Shown here: in pieces, positions 19,708 to 39,035 of the stretch | How positions within the stretch are numbered: position 1 is the stretch's first letter | How the letters are laid out: the number at the start of each line of letters is the position of its first letter | NCBI RefSeq assembly: GCF_009914755.1 | Contig: NC_060948.1 | From: the human T2T-CHM13v2.0 reference genome, Homo sapiens | Reading direction: 5' to 3' (one strand) | DNA length: 64,000 bases | Program-made: the position numbers and the translations under genes | The notes under the pieces: generated by a model | Seen by the model: the letters and a program-made list of their open reading frames with translations, nothing else | Told to the model about the DNA's origin: nothing | Database searches by the model: none

Positions 19708-21812
19708 AGATCCATATTTTTTAAATGAAAAAAAATTTCAAAGGTACTCTGCTTGGTACAATAATCAAATGTATAAACTGAGGAATAAAACATAACCATG
19801 AAACCTACTTATAACTGCATATGGAAAATACAGAGGATAATTTTTTAAATAACATATTTTGAAAGCCTTAACTAGTAATTTGAAGAGTTGGCATTTGAAA
19901 GGCCAGTATGAATATACCTTCAAAGCAGCAACACAGGTTCCCCATGAGAAAAAGCAAACACAGGGAAAATAAAAACACAAAGGTTCAATCTCTTCTGACC
20001 TTTGAAAGACACAGCACAGACAGTGGTCCTTAGGACGAAGAGCAGGAGACCCCTAATTCCGTCACCATGGCGATACGGCATAAACATTGCTGGGTGAGGG
20101 CACAATCCACATTGTGAGGTCCAACTGCTGCCAGGAAGACAGGAGTGCTTTTACATAGACCGAAAGGTCATTGAAGGCTCAGAGTTTTGTTTCAAGAACT
20201 GAATCCCAAGCCCACACGTTATTAGGCTGCGCTTCTTAAAACAAGTTATGAGATGGGAAAAAGGGCACCCACAAACATACGTATACATTATGTATATAAT
20301 AATATACAGTATCATATATATAATATATATAACCTATGTATAATATTGTTTTACATCCTGCATCTTATGTTATATATATTGTATAAAATATAATAATTGA
20401 TAATATATAAGTTTTATAAGTATACAATATGACATATAGTATATATTATAATTTATGACATATATAATATATGTTATATATCATATATAGAATATATTAT
20501 ACGGTTAATATACGTATTAAATATAAATTATACATTATATATATTATATATAATATATCTGTTATATATAATACCCATTATGCATAATATATATATTATG
20601 TCTATGTTATATATAGTATAAAACAACATATAATAATATACAATTGTATATATAAAATGCGACATATAATATATATTATATTTTATAACATATGTAATAT
20701 ATATTATATATTATATATAATACGTTGTATGTATAACACATATATTAAATATATATTATATGACTATGTTATTAATTACATGTCACATGTGTTATATATT
20801 ATATATTTTACATAGAATATACCGGTTACATACAATATATACTATGTTACCTATAATGTATAATTTATTACATGTAAAATAAAGAATGCAATATATTATG
20901 TATAATTTATAATATACCATATGTGGAATGTGATATATATAACATATAATATATGATATATGATGTACAGTATATGATATATAACATACAATATATGATT
21001 CCTAATATATATGGTATACAATATATATTTTATGATATGTATTCTATATGTTTTATATTCTGTTATATATAACTATTTGAAATTATATATAACTGTATAA
21101 TATTTTATGTAAATATGTAATATAATATATATAACTATATAATATATTATATATAACTATATATTATGTTATATATACTTTTATAACATAATTTACATAA
21201 AATATCATAATATAATATATATTATATTATTTCATATTACATAATATATATTACATATCACCCAATATAACTAACATACATAATATTATAATATACATTA
21301 TATTATGTTATATTAAATATCATATATATCATGTATCATATATTCTATAATATATATTACACATTATATAATATGTATGTTGTCTATTATGTGATATATA
21401 TAACTATATATATAATTATATTTTTATACATATAACTAGATCAACATGTAATTCTACATATTTTCATTTATAATATGTAGAATTATATAATCATATATAA
21501 TTATTTATATTCTATAAAAAATTTTATCATTATATAAATTATAATATATAAAAATTATAATATGTACTACAAATATATATATTATATATCATATATGATA
21601 TAGTACCTTTGATATATATCATAATACATATAAATGTGTATTATGTTATCTATAATTATATAATTTCATATATAAGATGTATAATATGTATCATATATTA
21701 TAGATGTTATGTAATATATATAGTATATATAAGATGACACAAGATAAATATTATATACTATGACATATAAAATATATGAGGTTATATGTTACATATAAGG
21801 CATAGCACATAA

Positions 21813-22127
<315 letters not shown>

Positions 22128-24255
22128 AGATCCATATTTTTTAAATGAAAAAAAATTTCAAAGGTACTCTGCTTGGTACAATAATCAAATGTATAAACTG
22201 AGGAATAAAACATAACCATGAAACCTACTTATAACTGCATATGGAAAATACAGAGGATAATTTTTTAAATAACATATTTTGAAAGCCTTAACTAGTAATT
22301 TGAAGAGTTGGCATTTGAAAGGCCAGTATGAATATACCTTCAAAGCAGCAACACAGGTTCCCCATGAGAAAAAGCAAACACAGGGAAAATAAAAACACAA
22401 AGGTTCAATCTCTTCTGACCTTTGAAAGACACAGCACAGACAGTGGTCCTTAGGACGAAGAGCAGGAGACCCCTAATTCCGTCACCATGGCGATAGGGCA
22501 TAAACATTGCTGGGTGAGGGCACAATCCACATTGTGAGGTCCAACTGCTGCCAGGAAGACAGGAGTGCTTTTACATAGACCGAAAGGTCATTGAAGGCTC
22601 AGAGTTTTGTTTCAAGAACTGAATCCCAAGCCCACACGTTATTAGGCTGCGCTTCTTAAAACAAGTTATGAGATGGGAAAAAGGGCACCCACAAACATAC
22701 GTATACATTATGTATATAATAATATACAGTATCATATATATAATATATATAACCTATGTATAATATTGTTTTACATCCTGCATCTTATGTTATATATATT
22801 GTATAAAATATAATAATTGATAATATATAAGTTTTATAATTATACAATATGACATATAGTATATATTATAATTTATGACATATATAATATATGTTATATA
22901 TCATATATAGAATATATTATACGGTTAATATACGTAATAAATATAAATTATACATTATATATATTATATATAATATATCTGTTATATATAATACCCATTA
23001 TGCATAATATATATATTATGTCTATGTTATATATAGTATAAAACAACATATAATAATATATAATTGTATATATAAAATGCGACATATAATATATATTATA
23101 TTTTATAACATATGTAACATATATTATATATTATATATAATACGTTGTATGTATAATACCTATATTAAATATATATTACATGACTATGTTATTAATTACA
23201 TGTCACATGTGTTATATATTATATATTTTACATAGAATATACCGGTTACATACAATATATACTATGTTACCTATAATGTATAATTTATTACATGTAAAAT
23301 AAAGAATGCAATATATTATGTATAATTTATAATATACCATATGTGGAATGTGATATATATAACATATAATGTATGATATATGATGTACAGTATATGATAT
23401 ATAACATACAATATATGATTCCTAATATATATGGTATACAATATATATTTTATGATATGTATTCTATATGTTTTATATTCTGTTATATATAACTATTTGA
23501 AATTATATATAACTGTATAATATTTTATGTAAATATGTAATATAATATATATAACTATATAATATATTATATATAACTATATATTATGTTATATATACTT
23601 TTATAACATAATTTACATAAAATATCATAATATAATATATATTATATTATTTCATATTACATAATATATATTACATATCACCCAATATAACTAACATACA
23701 TAATATTATAATATACATTATATTATGTTATATTAAATATCATATATATCATGTATCATATATTCTATAATATATATTACACATTATATAATATGCATGT
23801 TGTCTATTATGTGATATATATAACTATATATATAATTATATTTTTATACATATAACTAGATAAACATGTAATTCTACATATTTTCATTTATAATATGTAG
23901 AATTATATAATCATATATAATTATTTATATTCTATAAAAAATTTTATCATTATATAAATTATAATATATAAAAATTATAATATGTAATACAAATATATAT
24001 ATTATATATCATATATGATATAGTACCTTTGTTATATATCATAATACATATAAATGTGTATTATGTTATCTATAATTATATAATTTCATATATAAGATGT
24101 ATAATATGTATCATATATTATATATGTTATGTAATATATATAGTATATATAAGATGACACAGGATAAATATTATATACTATGACATATAAAATATATGAG
24201 GTTATATGTTACATATAAGGCATAGCACATAACATGTAATATGTATCATATATAA

Positions 24256-24547
24256 TTTTTTTTTAGACAGAATCTTGTCCTGTTGCACAGGGTGGGGTAC
24301 AATGGCGCCATCTTTGCTCACTGCAACTTCTGCCTCACGGGTCCAAGCGATTGTCTTCCCTCAGCCTCCCAGGTAGCTGGGACTACACCACACTGGGACT
24401 ACACCAGCTGCCACCATGCCTAGCTAATTTTTTGGATTTTTAGTAGTGACAGCGTTTCACTGTATTGGCCAGGATGGTCTTGATCTCTTCACCTTGTGAT
24501 CCCCTTGCCTTGGCCTCCAAATTTGCTGGGATTACAGGCCTGAGCCA
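24256..24547 (-). mobile_element. Alu copy, U11
   Basis: Near-identical to 60-351. Confidence 0.9.
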
Positions 24548-26675
24548 AGATCCATATTTTTTAAATGAAAAAAAATTTCAAAGGTACTCTGCTTGGTACA
24601 ATAATCAAATGTATAAACTGAGGAATAAAACATAACCATGAAACCTACTTATAACTGCATATGGAAAATACAGAGGATAATTTTTTAAATAAAATATTTT
24701 GAAAGCCTTAACTAGTAATTTAAAGAGTTGGCATTTGAAAGGCCAGTATGAATATACCTTCAAAGCAGCAACACAGGTTCCCCATGAGAAAAAGCAAACA
24801 CAGGGAAAATAAAAACACAAAGGTTCAATCTCTTCTGACCTTTGAAAGACACAGCACAGACAGTGGTCCTTAGGACGAAGAGCAGGAGACCCCTAATTCC
24901 GTCACCATGGCGATACGGCATAAACATTGCTGGGTGAGGGCACAATCCACATTGTGAGGTCCAACTGCTGCCAGGAAGACAGGAGTGCTTTTACATAGAC
25001 CGAAAGGTCATTGAAGGCTCAGAGTTTTGTTTCAAGAACTGAATCCCAAGCCCACACGTTATTAGGCTGCGCTTCTTAAAACAAGTTATGAGATGGGAAA
25101 AAGGGCACCCACAAACATACGTATACATTATGTATATAATAATATACAGTATCATATATATAATATATATAACCTATGTATAATATTGTTTTACATCCTG
25201 CATCTTATGTTATATATATTGTATAAAATATAATAATTGATAATATATAAGTTTTATAATTATACAATATGACATATAGTATATATTATAATTTATGACA
25301 TATATAATATATGTTATATATCATATATAGAATATATTATACGGTTAATATACGTATTAAATATAAATTATACATTATATATATTATATATAACATATCT
25401 GTTATATATAATACCCATTATGCATAATATATATATTATGTCTATGTTATATATAGTATAAAACAACATATAATAATATACAATTGCATATATAAAATGC
25501 GACATATAATATATATTATATTTTATAACATATGTAATATATATTATATATTATATATAATACGTTGTATGTATAACACCTATATTAAATATATATTATA
25601 TGACTATGTTATTAATTACATGTCACATATGTTATATATTATATATTTTACATAGAATATACCGGTTACATACAATATATACTATGTTACCTATAATGTA
25701 TAATTTATTACATGTAAAATAAAGAATGCAATATATTATGTATAATTTATAATATACCATATGTGGAATGTGATATATATAACATATAATATATGATATA
25801 TGATGTACAGTATATGATATATAACATACAATATATGATTCCTAATATATATGGTATACAATATATATTTTATGATATGTATTCTATATGTTTTATATTC
25901 TGTTATATATAACTATTTGAAATTATATATAACTGTATAATATTTTATGTAAATATGTAATATAATATATATAACTATATAATATATTATATATAACTAT
26001 ATATTATGTTATATATACTTTTATAACATAATTTACATAAAATATCATAATATAATATATATTATATTATTTCATATTACATAATATATATTACATATCA
26101 CCCAATATAACTAACATACATAATATTATAATATACATTATATTATGTTATATTAAATATCATATATATCATGTATCATATATTCTATAATATATATTAC
26201 ACATTATATAATATGCATGTTGTCTATTATGTGATATATATAACTATATATATAATTATATTTTTATACATATAACTAGATAAACATGTAATTCTACATA
26301 TTTTCATTTATAATATGTAGAATTATATAATCATATATAATTATTTATATTCTATAAAAAATTTTATCATTATATAAATTATAATATATAAAAATTATAA
26401 TATGTACTACAAATATATATATTATATATCATATATGATATAGTACCTTTGTTATATATCATAATACATATAAATGTGTATTATGTTATCTATAATTATA
26501 TAATTTCATATATAAGATGTATAATATGTATCATATATTATATATGTTATGTAATATATATAGTATATATAAGATGACACAGGATAAATATTATATACTA
26601 TGACATATAAAATATATGAGGTTATATGTTACATATAAGGCATAGCACATAACATGTAATATGTATCATATATAA

Positions 26676-26967
26676 TTTTTTTTTAGACAGAATCTTGTCC
26701 TGTTGCACAGGGTGGGGTACAATGGCGCCATCTTTGCTCACTGCAACTTCTGCCTCACGGGTCCAAGCGATTGTCTTCCCTCAGCCTCCCAGGTAGCTGG
26801 GACTACACCACACTGGGACTACACCAGCTGCCACCATGCCTAGCTAATTTTTTGGATTTTTAGTAGTGACAGCGTTTCACTGTATTGGCCAGGATGGTCT
26901 TGATCTCTTCACCTTGTGATCCCCTTGCCTTGGCCTCCAAATTTGCTGGGATTACAGGCCTGAGCCA
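26676..26967 (-). mobile_element. Alu copy, U12
   Basis: Near-identical to 60-351. Confidence 0.9.
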
Positions 26968-29095
26968 AGATCCATATTTTTTAAATGAAAAAAAATTTCA
27001 AAGGTACTCTGCTTGGTACAATAATCAAATGTATAAACTGAGGAATAAAACATAACCATGAAACCTACTTATAACTGCATATGGAAAATACAGAGGATAA
27101 TTTTTTAAATAACATATTTTGAAAGCCTTAACTAGTAATTTGAAGAGTTGGCATTTGAAAGGCCAGTATGAATATACCTTCAAAGCAGCAACACAGGTTC
27201 CCCATGAGAAAAAGCAAACACAGGGAAAATAAAAACACAAAGGTTCAATCTCTTCTGACCTTTGAAAGACACAGCACAGACAGTGGTCCTTAGGACGAAG
27301 AGCAGGAGACCCCTAATTCCGTCACCATGGCGATACGGCATAAACATTGCTGGGTGAGGGCACAATCCACATTGTGAGGTCCAACTGCTGCCAGGAAGAC
27401 AGGAGTGCTTTTACATAGACCGAAAGGTCATTGAAGGCTCAGAGTTTTGTTTCAAGAACTGAATCCCAAGCCCACACGTTATTAGGCTGCGCTTCTTAAA
27501 ACAAGTTATGAGATGGGAAAAAGGGCACCCACAAACATACGTATACATTATGTATATAATAATATACAGTATCATATATATAATATATATAACCTATGTA
27601 TAATATTGTTTTACATCCTGCATCTTATGTTATATATATTGTATAAAATATAATAATTGATAATATATAAGTTTTATAATTATACAATATGACATATAGT
27701 ATATATTATAATTTATGACATATATAATATATGTTATATATCATATATAGAATATATTATACGGTTAATATACGTATTAAATATAAATTATACATTATAT
27801 ATATTATATATAATATATCTGTTATATATAATACCCATTATGCATAATATATATATTATGTCTATGTTATATATAGTATAAAACAACATATAATAATATA
27901 TAATTGTATATATAAAATGCGACATATAATATATATTATATTTTATAACATATGTAATATATATTATATATTATATATAATACGTTGTATGTATAACACC
28001 TATATTAAATATATATTATATGACTATGTTATTAATTACATGTCACATGTGTTATATATTATATATTTTACATAGAATATACCGGTTACATACAATATAT
28101 ACTATGTTACCTATAATGTATAATTTATTACATGTAAAATAAAGAATGCAATATATTATGTATAATTTATAATATACCATATGTGGAATGTGATATATAT
28201 AACATATAATATATGATATATGATGTACAGTATATGATATATAACATACAATATATGATTCCTAATATATATGGTATACAATATATATTTTATGATATGT
28301 ATTCTATATGTTTTATATTCTGTTATATATAACTATTTGAAATTATATATAACTGTATAATATTTTATGTAAATATGTAATATAATATATATAACTATAT
28401 AATATATTATATATAACTATATATTATGTTATATATACTTTTATAACATAATTTACATAAAATATCATAATATAATATATATTATATTATTTCATATTAC
28501 ATAATATATATTACATATCACCCAATATAACTAACATACATAATATTATAATATACATTATATTATGTTATATTAAATATCATATATATCATGTATCATA
28601 TATTCTATAATATATATTACACATTATATAATATGCATGTTGTCTATTATGTGATATATATAACTATATATATAATTATATTTTTATACATATAACTAGA
28701 TAAACATGTAATTCTACATATTTTCATTTATAATATGTAGAATTATATAATCATATATAATTATTTATATTCTATAAAAAATTTTATCATTATATAAATT
28801 ATAATATATAAAAATTATAATATGTACTACAAATATATATATTATATATCATATATGATATAGTACCTTTGTTATATATCATAATACATATAAATGTGTA
28901 TTATGTTATCTATAATTGTATAATTTCATATATAAGATGTATAATATGTATCATATATTATATATGTTATGTAATATATATAGTATATATAAGATGACAC
29001 AGGATAAATATTATATACTATGACATATAAAATATATGAGGTTATATGTTACGTATAAGGCATAGCACATAACATGTAATATGTATCATATATAA

Positions 29096-29387
29096 TTTTT
29101 TTTTAGACAGAATCTTGTCCTGTTGCACAGGGTGGGGTACAATGGCGCCATCTTTGCTCACTGCAACTTCTGCCTCACGGGTCCAAGCGATTGTCTTCCC
29201 TCAGCCTCCCAGGTAGCTGGGACTACACCACACTGGGACTACACCAGCTGCCACCATGCCTAGCTAATTTTTTGGATTTTTAGTAGTGACAGCGTTTCAC
29301 TGTATTGGCCAGGATGGTCTTGATCTCTTCACCTTGTGATCCCCTTGCCTTGGCCTCCAAATTTGCTGGGATTACAGGCCTGAGCCA
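29096..29387 (-). mobile_element. Alu copy, U13
   Basis: Near-identical to 60-351. Confidence 0.9.
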
Positions 29388-31481
29388 AGATCCATATTTT
29401 TTAAATGAAAAAAAATTTCAAAGGTACTCTGCTTGGTACAATAATCAAATGTATAAACTGAGGAATAAAACATAACCATGAAACCTACTTATAACTGCAT
29501 ATGGAAAATACAGAGGATAATTTTTTAAGTAACATATTTTGAAAGCCTTAACTAGTAATTTGAAGAGTTGGCATTTGAAAGGCCAGTATGAATATACCTT
29601 CAAAGCAGCAACACAGGTTCCCCATGAGAAAAAGCAAACACAGGGAAAATAAAAACACAAAGGTTCAATCTCTTCTGACCTTTGAAAGACACAGCACAGA
29701 CAGTGGTCCTTAGGAGGAAGAGCAGGAGACCCCTAATTCCGTCACCGTGGCGATACGGCATAAACATTGCTGGGTGAGGGCACAATCCACATTGTGAGGT
29801 CCAACTGCTGCCACGAAGACAGGAGTGCTTTTACATAGACCGAAAGGTCATTGAAGGCTCAGAGTTTTGTTTCAAGAACTGAATCCCAAGCCCACACGTT
29901 ATTAGGCTGCGCTTCTTAAAACAAGTTATGAGATGGGAAAAAGGGCACCCACAAACATACGTATACATTATGTATATAATAATATACAGCATCATATATA
30001 TAATATATAACCTATGTATAATATTGTTTTACATCCTGCATCTTATGTTATATATATTGTATAAAATATAATAATTGATAATATATAAGTTTTATAATTA
30101 TACAATATGACATATAGTATATATTATAATTTATGACATATATAATATATGTTATATATCATATATAGAATATATTATACGGTTAATATACGTATTAAAT
30201 ATAAATTATACATTATATATATTATATATAATATATCTGTTATATATAATACCCATTATGCATAATATATATATTATGTCTATGTTATATATAGTATAAA
30301 ACAACATATAATAATATATAATTGTATATATAAAATGCGACATATAATATATATTATATTTTATAACATATGTAATATGTATTATATATAATATGTTGTA
30401 TGTATAATACCTATATTAAATATATATTATATGACTATGTTATTAATTACATGTCACATGTGTTATATATTATATATTTTACATAGAATATACCGGTTAC
30501 ATACAATATATACTATGTTACCTATAATGTATAATTTATTACATGTAAAATAAAGAATGCAATATATTATGTAAAATTTATAATATACAATATGTGGAAT
30601 GTGATATATATAACATATAATATATGATATATGATATACAGTATATGATATATAACATACAATATATGATTCCTAATATATATGGTATACAATATATATT
30701 TTATGATATGTATTCTATATGTTTTATATTCTTATATTTAACTATTTGAAATTATATATAACTGTATAATATTTTATGTAAATATGTAATATAATATATA
30801 TAACTATATAATATATTATATATAACTATATATTATGTTATATATACTTTTATAACATAATTTACATAAAATATCATAATATAATATATATTATATTATT
30901 TCATATTACATAATATATATTACATATCACCCAATATAACTAACATACATAATATTATAATATAGATTATATTCTGTTATATTAAATATCATATATATCA
31001 TGTATCATATATTCTATAATATATATTACACATTATATAATATGTATGTTGTCTATTATGTGATATATATAACTATATATATAATTATATTTTTATACAT
31101 ATAACTAGATAAACATGTAATTCTACATATTTTCATTTATAATATGTAGAATTATATAATCATATATAATTATTTATATTCTATAAAAAATTTTATCATT
31201 ATATAAATTATAATATATAAAAATTATAATATGTACTACAAATATATATATTATATATCATATATGATATAGTACCTTTGTTATATATCATAATACATAT
31301 AAATGTGTATTATGTTATCTATAATTATATAATTTCATATATAATATGTATAATATGTATCATATATTATATATGTTATGTAATATATATAGTATATATC
31401 AGATGACACAGGATAAATATTATATACTATGACATATAAAATATATGAGGTTATATGTTACATATAAGGCATAGCACATAA

Positions 31482-31796
<315 letters not shown>

Positions 31797-33894
31797 AGAT
31801 CCATATTTTTTAAATGAAAAAAAATTTCAAAGGTACTCTGCTTGGTACAATAATCAAATGTATAAACTGAGGAATAAAACATAACCATGAAACCTACTTA
31901 TAACTGCATATGGAAAATACAGAGGATAATTTTTTAAATCACATATTTTGAAAGCCTTAACTAGTAATTTGAAGAGTTGGCATTTGAAAGGCCAGTATGA
32001 ATATACCTTCAAAGCAGCAACACAGGTTCCCCATGAGAAAAAGCAAACACAGGGAAAATAAAAACACAAAGGTTCAATCTCTTCTGACCTTTGAAAGACA
32101 CAGCACAGACAGTGGTCCTTAGGACGAAGAGCAGGAGACCCCTAATTCCGTCACCTTGGCGATAGGGCATAAACATTGCTGGGTGAGGGCACAATACACA
32201 TTGTGAGGTCCAACTGCTGCCAGGAAGACAGGAGTGCTTTTACATAGACCGAAAGGTCATTGAAGGCTCAGAGTTTTGTTTCAAGAACTGAATCCCAAGC
32301 CCACACGTTATTAGGCTGCGCTTCTTAAAACAAGTTATGAGATGGGAAAAAGGGCACCCACAAACATACGTATACATTATGTATATAATAATATACAGTA
32401 TCATATATATAATATATATAACCTATGTATAATATTGTTTTACATCCTGCATCTTATGTTATATATATTGTATAAAATATAATAATTGATAATATATAAG
32501 TTTTATAATTATACAATATGACATATAGTATATATTATAATTTATGACATATATAATATATGTTATATATCATATATAGAATATATTATACGGTTAATAT
32601 ACGTATTAAATATAAATTATACATTATATATATTATATATAATATATCTGTTATATATAATACCCATTATGCATAATATATATATTATGTCTATGTTATA
32701 TATAGTATAAAACAACATATAATAATATATAATTGTATATATAAAATGCGACATATAATATATATTATATTTTATAACATATGTAATATGTATTATATAT
32801 AATACGTTGTATGTATAATACCTATATTAAATATATATTATATGACTATGTTATTAATTACATGTCACATGTGTTATATATTATATATTTTACATAGAAT
32901 ATACCGGTTACATACAATATATACTATGTTACCTATAATGTATAATTTATTACAAGTAAAATAAAGAATGCAATATATTATGTATAATTTATAATATACC
33001 ATATGTGGAATGTGATATATATAACATATAATATATGATATATGATATACAGTATATGATATATAACATACAATATGTGATTCCTAATATATATGGTATA
33101 CAATATATATTTTATGATATGTATTCTATATGTTTTATATTCTGTTATATATAACTATTTGAAATTATATATAACTGTATAATATTTTATGTAAATATGT
33201 AATATAATATATATAACTATATAATATATTATATATAACTATATATTATGTTATATATACTTTTATAACATAATTTACATAAAATATCATAATATAATAT
33301 ATATTATATTATTTCATATTACATAATATATATTACATATCACCCAATATAACTAACATACATAATATTATAATATAGATTATATTGTGTTATATTAAAT
33401 ATCATATATATCATGTATCATATATTCTATAATATATATTACACATTATATAATATGTATGTTGTCTATTATGTGATATATATAACTATATATATAATTA
33501 TATTTTTATACATATAACTAGATAAACATGTAATTCTACATATTTTCATTTATAATATGTAGAATTATATAATCATATATAATTATTTATATTCTATAAA
33601 AAATTTTATCATTATATAAATTATAATATATAAAAATTATAATATGTACTACAAATATATATATTATATATCATATATGATATAGTACCTTTGTTATATA
33701 TCATAATACATATAAATGTGTATTATGTTATCTATAATTATATAATTTCATATATAAGATGTATAATATGTATCATATATTATATATGTTATGTAATATA
33801 TATAGTATATATCAGATGACACAGGTTAAATATTATATACTATGACATATAAAATATATGAGGTTATATGTTACATATAAGGCATAGCACATAA

Positions 33895-34209
<315 letters not shown>

Positions 34210-36330
34210 AGATCCATATTTTTTAAATGAAAAAAAATTTCAAAGGTACTCTGCTTGGTAGAATAATCAAATGTATAAACTGAGGAATAAAACATAACCA
34301 TGAAACCTACTTATAACTGCATATGGAAAATACAGAGGATAATTTTTTAAATAACATATTTTGAAAGCCTTAACTAGTAATTTGAAGAGTTGGCATTTGA
34401 AAGGCCAGTATGAATATACCTTCAAAGCAGCAACACAGGTTCCCCATGAGAAAAAGCAAACACAGGGAAAATAAAAACACAAAGGTTCAATCTCTTCTGA
34501 CCTTTGAAAGACACAGCACAAAAAGTGGTCCTTAGGACGAAGAGCAGGAGACCCCTAATTCCGTCACCATGGCGATAGGGCATAAACATTGCTGGGTGAG
34601 GGCACAATCCACATTGTGAGGTCCAACTGCTGCCAGGAAGACAGGAGTGCTTTTACATAGACCGAAAGGTCATTGAAGGCTCAGAGTTTTGTTTCAAGAA
34701 CTGAATCCCAAGCCCACACGTTATTAGGCTGCGCTTCTTAAAACAAGTTATGAGATGGGAAAAAGGGCACCCACAAACATACGTATACATTATGTATATA
34801 ATAATATACAGTATCATATATATAATATATATAACCTATGTATAATATTGTTTTACATCCTGCATCTTATGTTATATATATTGTATAAAATATAATAATT
34901 CATAATATATAAGTTTTATAATTATACAATATGACATATAGTATATATTATAATTTATGACATATATAATATATGTTATATATCATATATAGAATATATT
35001 ATACGGTTAATATACGTATTAAATATAAATTATACATTATATATATTATATATAATATATCTGTTATATATAATACCCATTATGCATAATATATATATTA
35101 TGTCTATGTTATATATAGTATAAAACAACATATAATAATATATAATTGTATATAGAAAACGCGACATATAATATATATTATATTTTATGACATATGTAAT
35201 ATATATTATATAAAATACGTTGTATGTATAATACCTATATTAAATATATATTATATGACTATGTTATTAATTACATGTCACATGTGTTATATATTATATA
35301 TTTTACATAGAATATACCGGTTACATACAAGATATACTATGTTACCTATAATGTATAATTTATTACATGTAAAATAAAGAATGCAATATATTATGTATAA
35401 TTTATAATATACCATATGTGGAATGTGATATATATAACATATAATATATGATATATGATATACAGTATATGATATATAACATACAATATATGATTCCTAA
35501 TATATATGGTATACAATATATATTTTATGATATGTATTCTATATGTTTTATATTCTGTTATATATAACTATTTGAAATTATATATAACTGTATAATATTT
35601 TACGTAAATATGTAATATAATATATATAACTATATAATATATTATATATAACTATATATTATGTTATATATACTTTTATAACATAATTTACATAAAATAT
35701 CATAATATAATATATATTATATTATTTCATATTACATAATATATATTACATATCACCCAATATAACTAACATACATAATAGTATAATATAGATTATATTG
35801 TGTTATATTAAATATCATATATATCATGTATCATATATTCTATAATATATATTACACATTATATAATATGTATGTTGTCTATTATGTGATATATATAACT
35901 ATATATATAATTATATTTTTATACATATAACTAGATAAACATGTAATTCTACATATTTTCATTTATAATATGTAGAATTATATAATCATATATAATTATT
36001 TATATTCTATAAAAAATTTTATCATTATATAAATTATAATATATAAAAATTATAATATGTACTACAAATATATATATTATATATCATATATGATATAGTA
36101 CCTTTGTTATATATCATAATACATATAAATGTGTATTATGTTATCTATAATTATATAATTTCATATATAAGATGTATAATATGTATCATACATTATATAT
36201 GTTATGTAATATATATAGTATATATAAGATGACACAGGATAAATATTATATACTATGACATATAAAATATATGAGGTTATATGTTACATATAAGGCATAG
36301 CACATAACATGTAATATATATCATATATAA

Positions 36331-36622
36331 TTTTTTTTCAGACAGAATCTTGTCCTGTTGCACAGGGTGGGGTACAATGGCGCCATCTTTGCTCACTGCA
36401 ACTTCTGCCTCACGGGTCCAAGCGATTGTCCTCCCTCAGCCTCCCAGGTAGCTGGGACTACACCACACTGGGACTACACCAGCTGCCACCATGCCTAGCT
36501 AATTTTTTGGATTTTTAGTAGTGACAGCGTTTCACTGTATTGGCCAGGATGGTCTTGATCTCTTCACCTTGTGATCCCCTTGCCTTGGCCTCCAAATTTG
36601 CTGGGATTACAGGCCTGAGCCA
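36331..36622 (-). mobile_element. Alu copy, U16
   Basis: Near-identical to 60-351. Confidence 0.9.
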
Positions 36623-38720
36623 AGATCCATATTTTTTAAATGAAAAAAAATTTCAAAGGTACTCTGCTTGGTAGAATAATCAAATGTATAAACTGAGGAA
36701 TAAAACATAACCATGAAACCTACTTATAACTGCATATGGAAAATACAGAGGATAATTTTTTAAATAACATATTTTGAAAGCCTTAACTAGTAATTTCAAG
36801 AGTTGGCATTTGAAAGGCCAGTATGAATATACCTTCAAAGCAGCAACACAGGTTCCCCATGAGAAAAAGCAAACACAGGGAAAATAAAAACACAAAGGTT
36901 CAATCTCTTCTGACCTTTGAAAGACACAGCACAGACAGTGGTCCTTAGGACGAAGAGCAGGAGACCCCTAATTCCGTCACCATGGCGATAGGGCATAAAC
37001 ATTGCTGGGTGAGGGCACAATCCACATTGTGAGGTCCAACTGCTGCCAGGAAGACAGGAGTGCTTTTACATAGACCGAAAGGTCATTGAAGGCTCAGAGT
37101 TTTGTTTCAAGAACTGAATCCCAAGCCCACACGTTATTAGGCTGCGCTTCTTAAAACAAGTTATGAGATGGGAAAAAGGGCACCCACAAACATACGTATA
37201 CATTATGTATATAATAATATACAGTATCATATATATAATATATATAACCTATGTATAATATTGTTTTACATCCTGCATCTTATGTTATATATATTGTATA
37301 AAATATAATAATTGATAATATATAAGTTTTATAATTATACAATATGACATATAGTATATATTATAATTTATGACATATATAATATATGTTATATATCATA
37401 TATAGAATATATTATACGGTTAATATACGTATTAAATATAAATTATACATTATATATATTATATATAATATATCTGTTATATATAATACCCATTATGCAT
37501 AATATATATATTATGTCTATGTTATATATAGTATAAAACAACATATAATAATATATAATTGTATATATAAAATGCGACATATAATATATATTATATTTTA
37601 TAACATATGTAATATGTATTATATATAATACGTTGTATGTATAATACCTATATTAAATATATATTATATGACTATGTTATTAATTACATGTCACATGTGT
37701 TATATATTATATATTTTACATAGAATATACCGGTTACATACAATATATACTATGTTACCTATAATGTATAATTTATTACAAGTAAAATAAAGAATGCAAT
37801 ATATTATGTATAATTTATAATATACCATATGTGGAATGTGATATATATAACATATAATATATGATATATGATATACAGTATATGATATATAACATACAAT
37901 ATGTGATTCCTAATATATATGGTATACAATATATATTTTATGATATGTATTCTATATGTTTTATATTCTGTTATATATAACTATTTGAAATTATATATAA
38001 CTGTATAATATTTTATGTAAATATGTAATATAATATATATAACTATATAATATATTATATATAACTATATATTATGTTATATATACTTTTATAACATAAT
38101 TTACATAAAATATCATAATATAATATATATTATATTATTTCATATTACATAATATATATTACATATCACCCAATATAACTAACATACATAATATTATAAT
38201 ATAGATTATATTGTGTTATATTAAATATCATATATATCATGTATCATATATTCTATAATATATATTACACATTATATAATATGTATGTTGTCTATTATGT
38301 GATATATATAACTATATATATAATTATATTTTTATACATATAACTAGATAAACATGTAATTCTACATATTTTCATTTATAATATGTAGAATTATATAATC
38401 ATATATAATTATTTATATTCTATAAAAAATTTTATCATTATATAAATTATAATATATAAAAATTATAATATGTACTACAAATATATATATTATATATCAT
38501 ATATGATATAGTACCTTTGTTATATATCATAATACATATAAATGTGTATTATGTTATCTATAATTATATAATTTCATATATAAGATGTATAATATGTATC
38601 ATATATTATATATGTTATGTAATATATATAGTATATATCAGATGACACAGGTTAAATATTATATACTATGACATATTAAATATATGAGGTTATATGTTAC
38701 ATATAAGGCATAGCACATAA

Positions 38721-39035
<315 letters not shown>

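Noticed and set aside
34267-34521. Extended 84-aa ORF in U15
   Set aside because: It arises from private substitutions near 34521-34524 that create an upstream TTG, so it is incidental.
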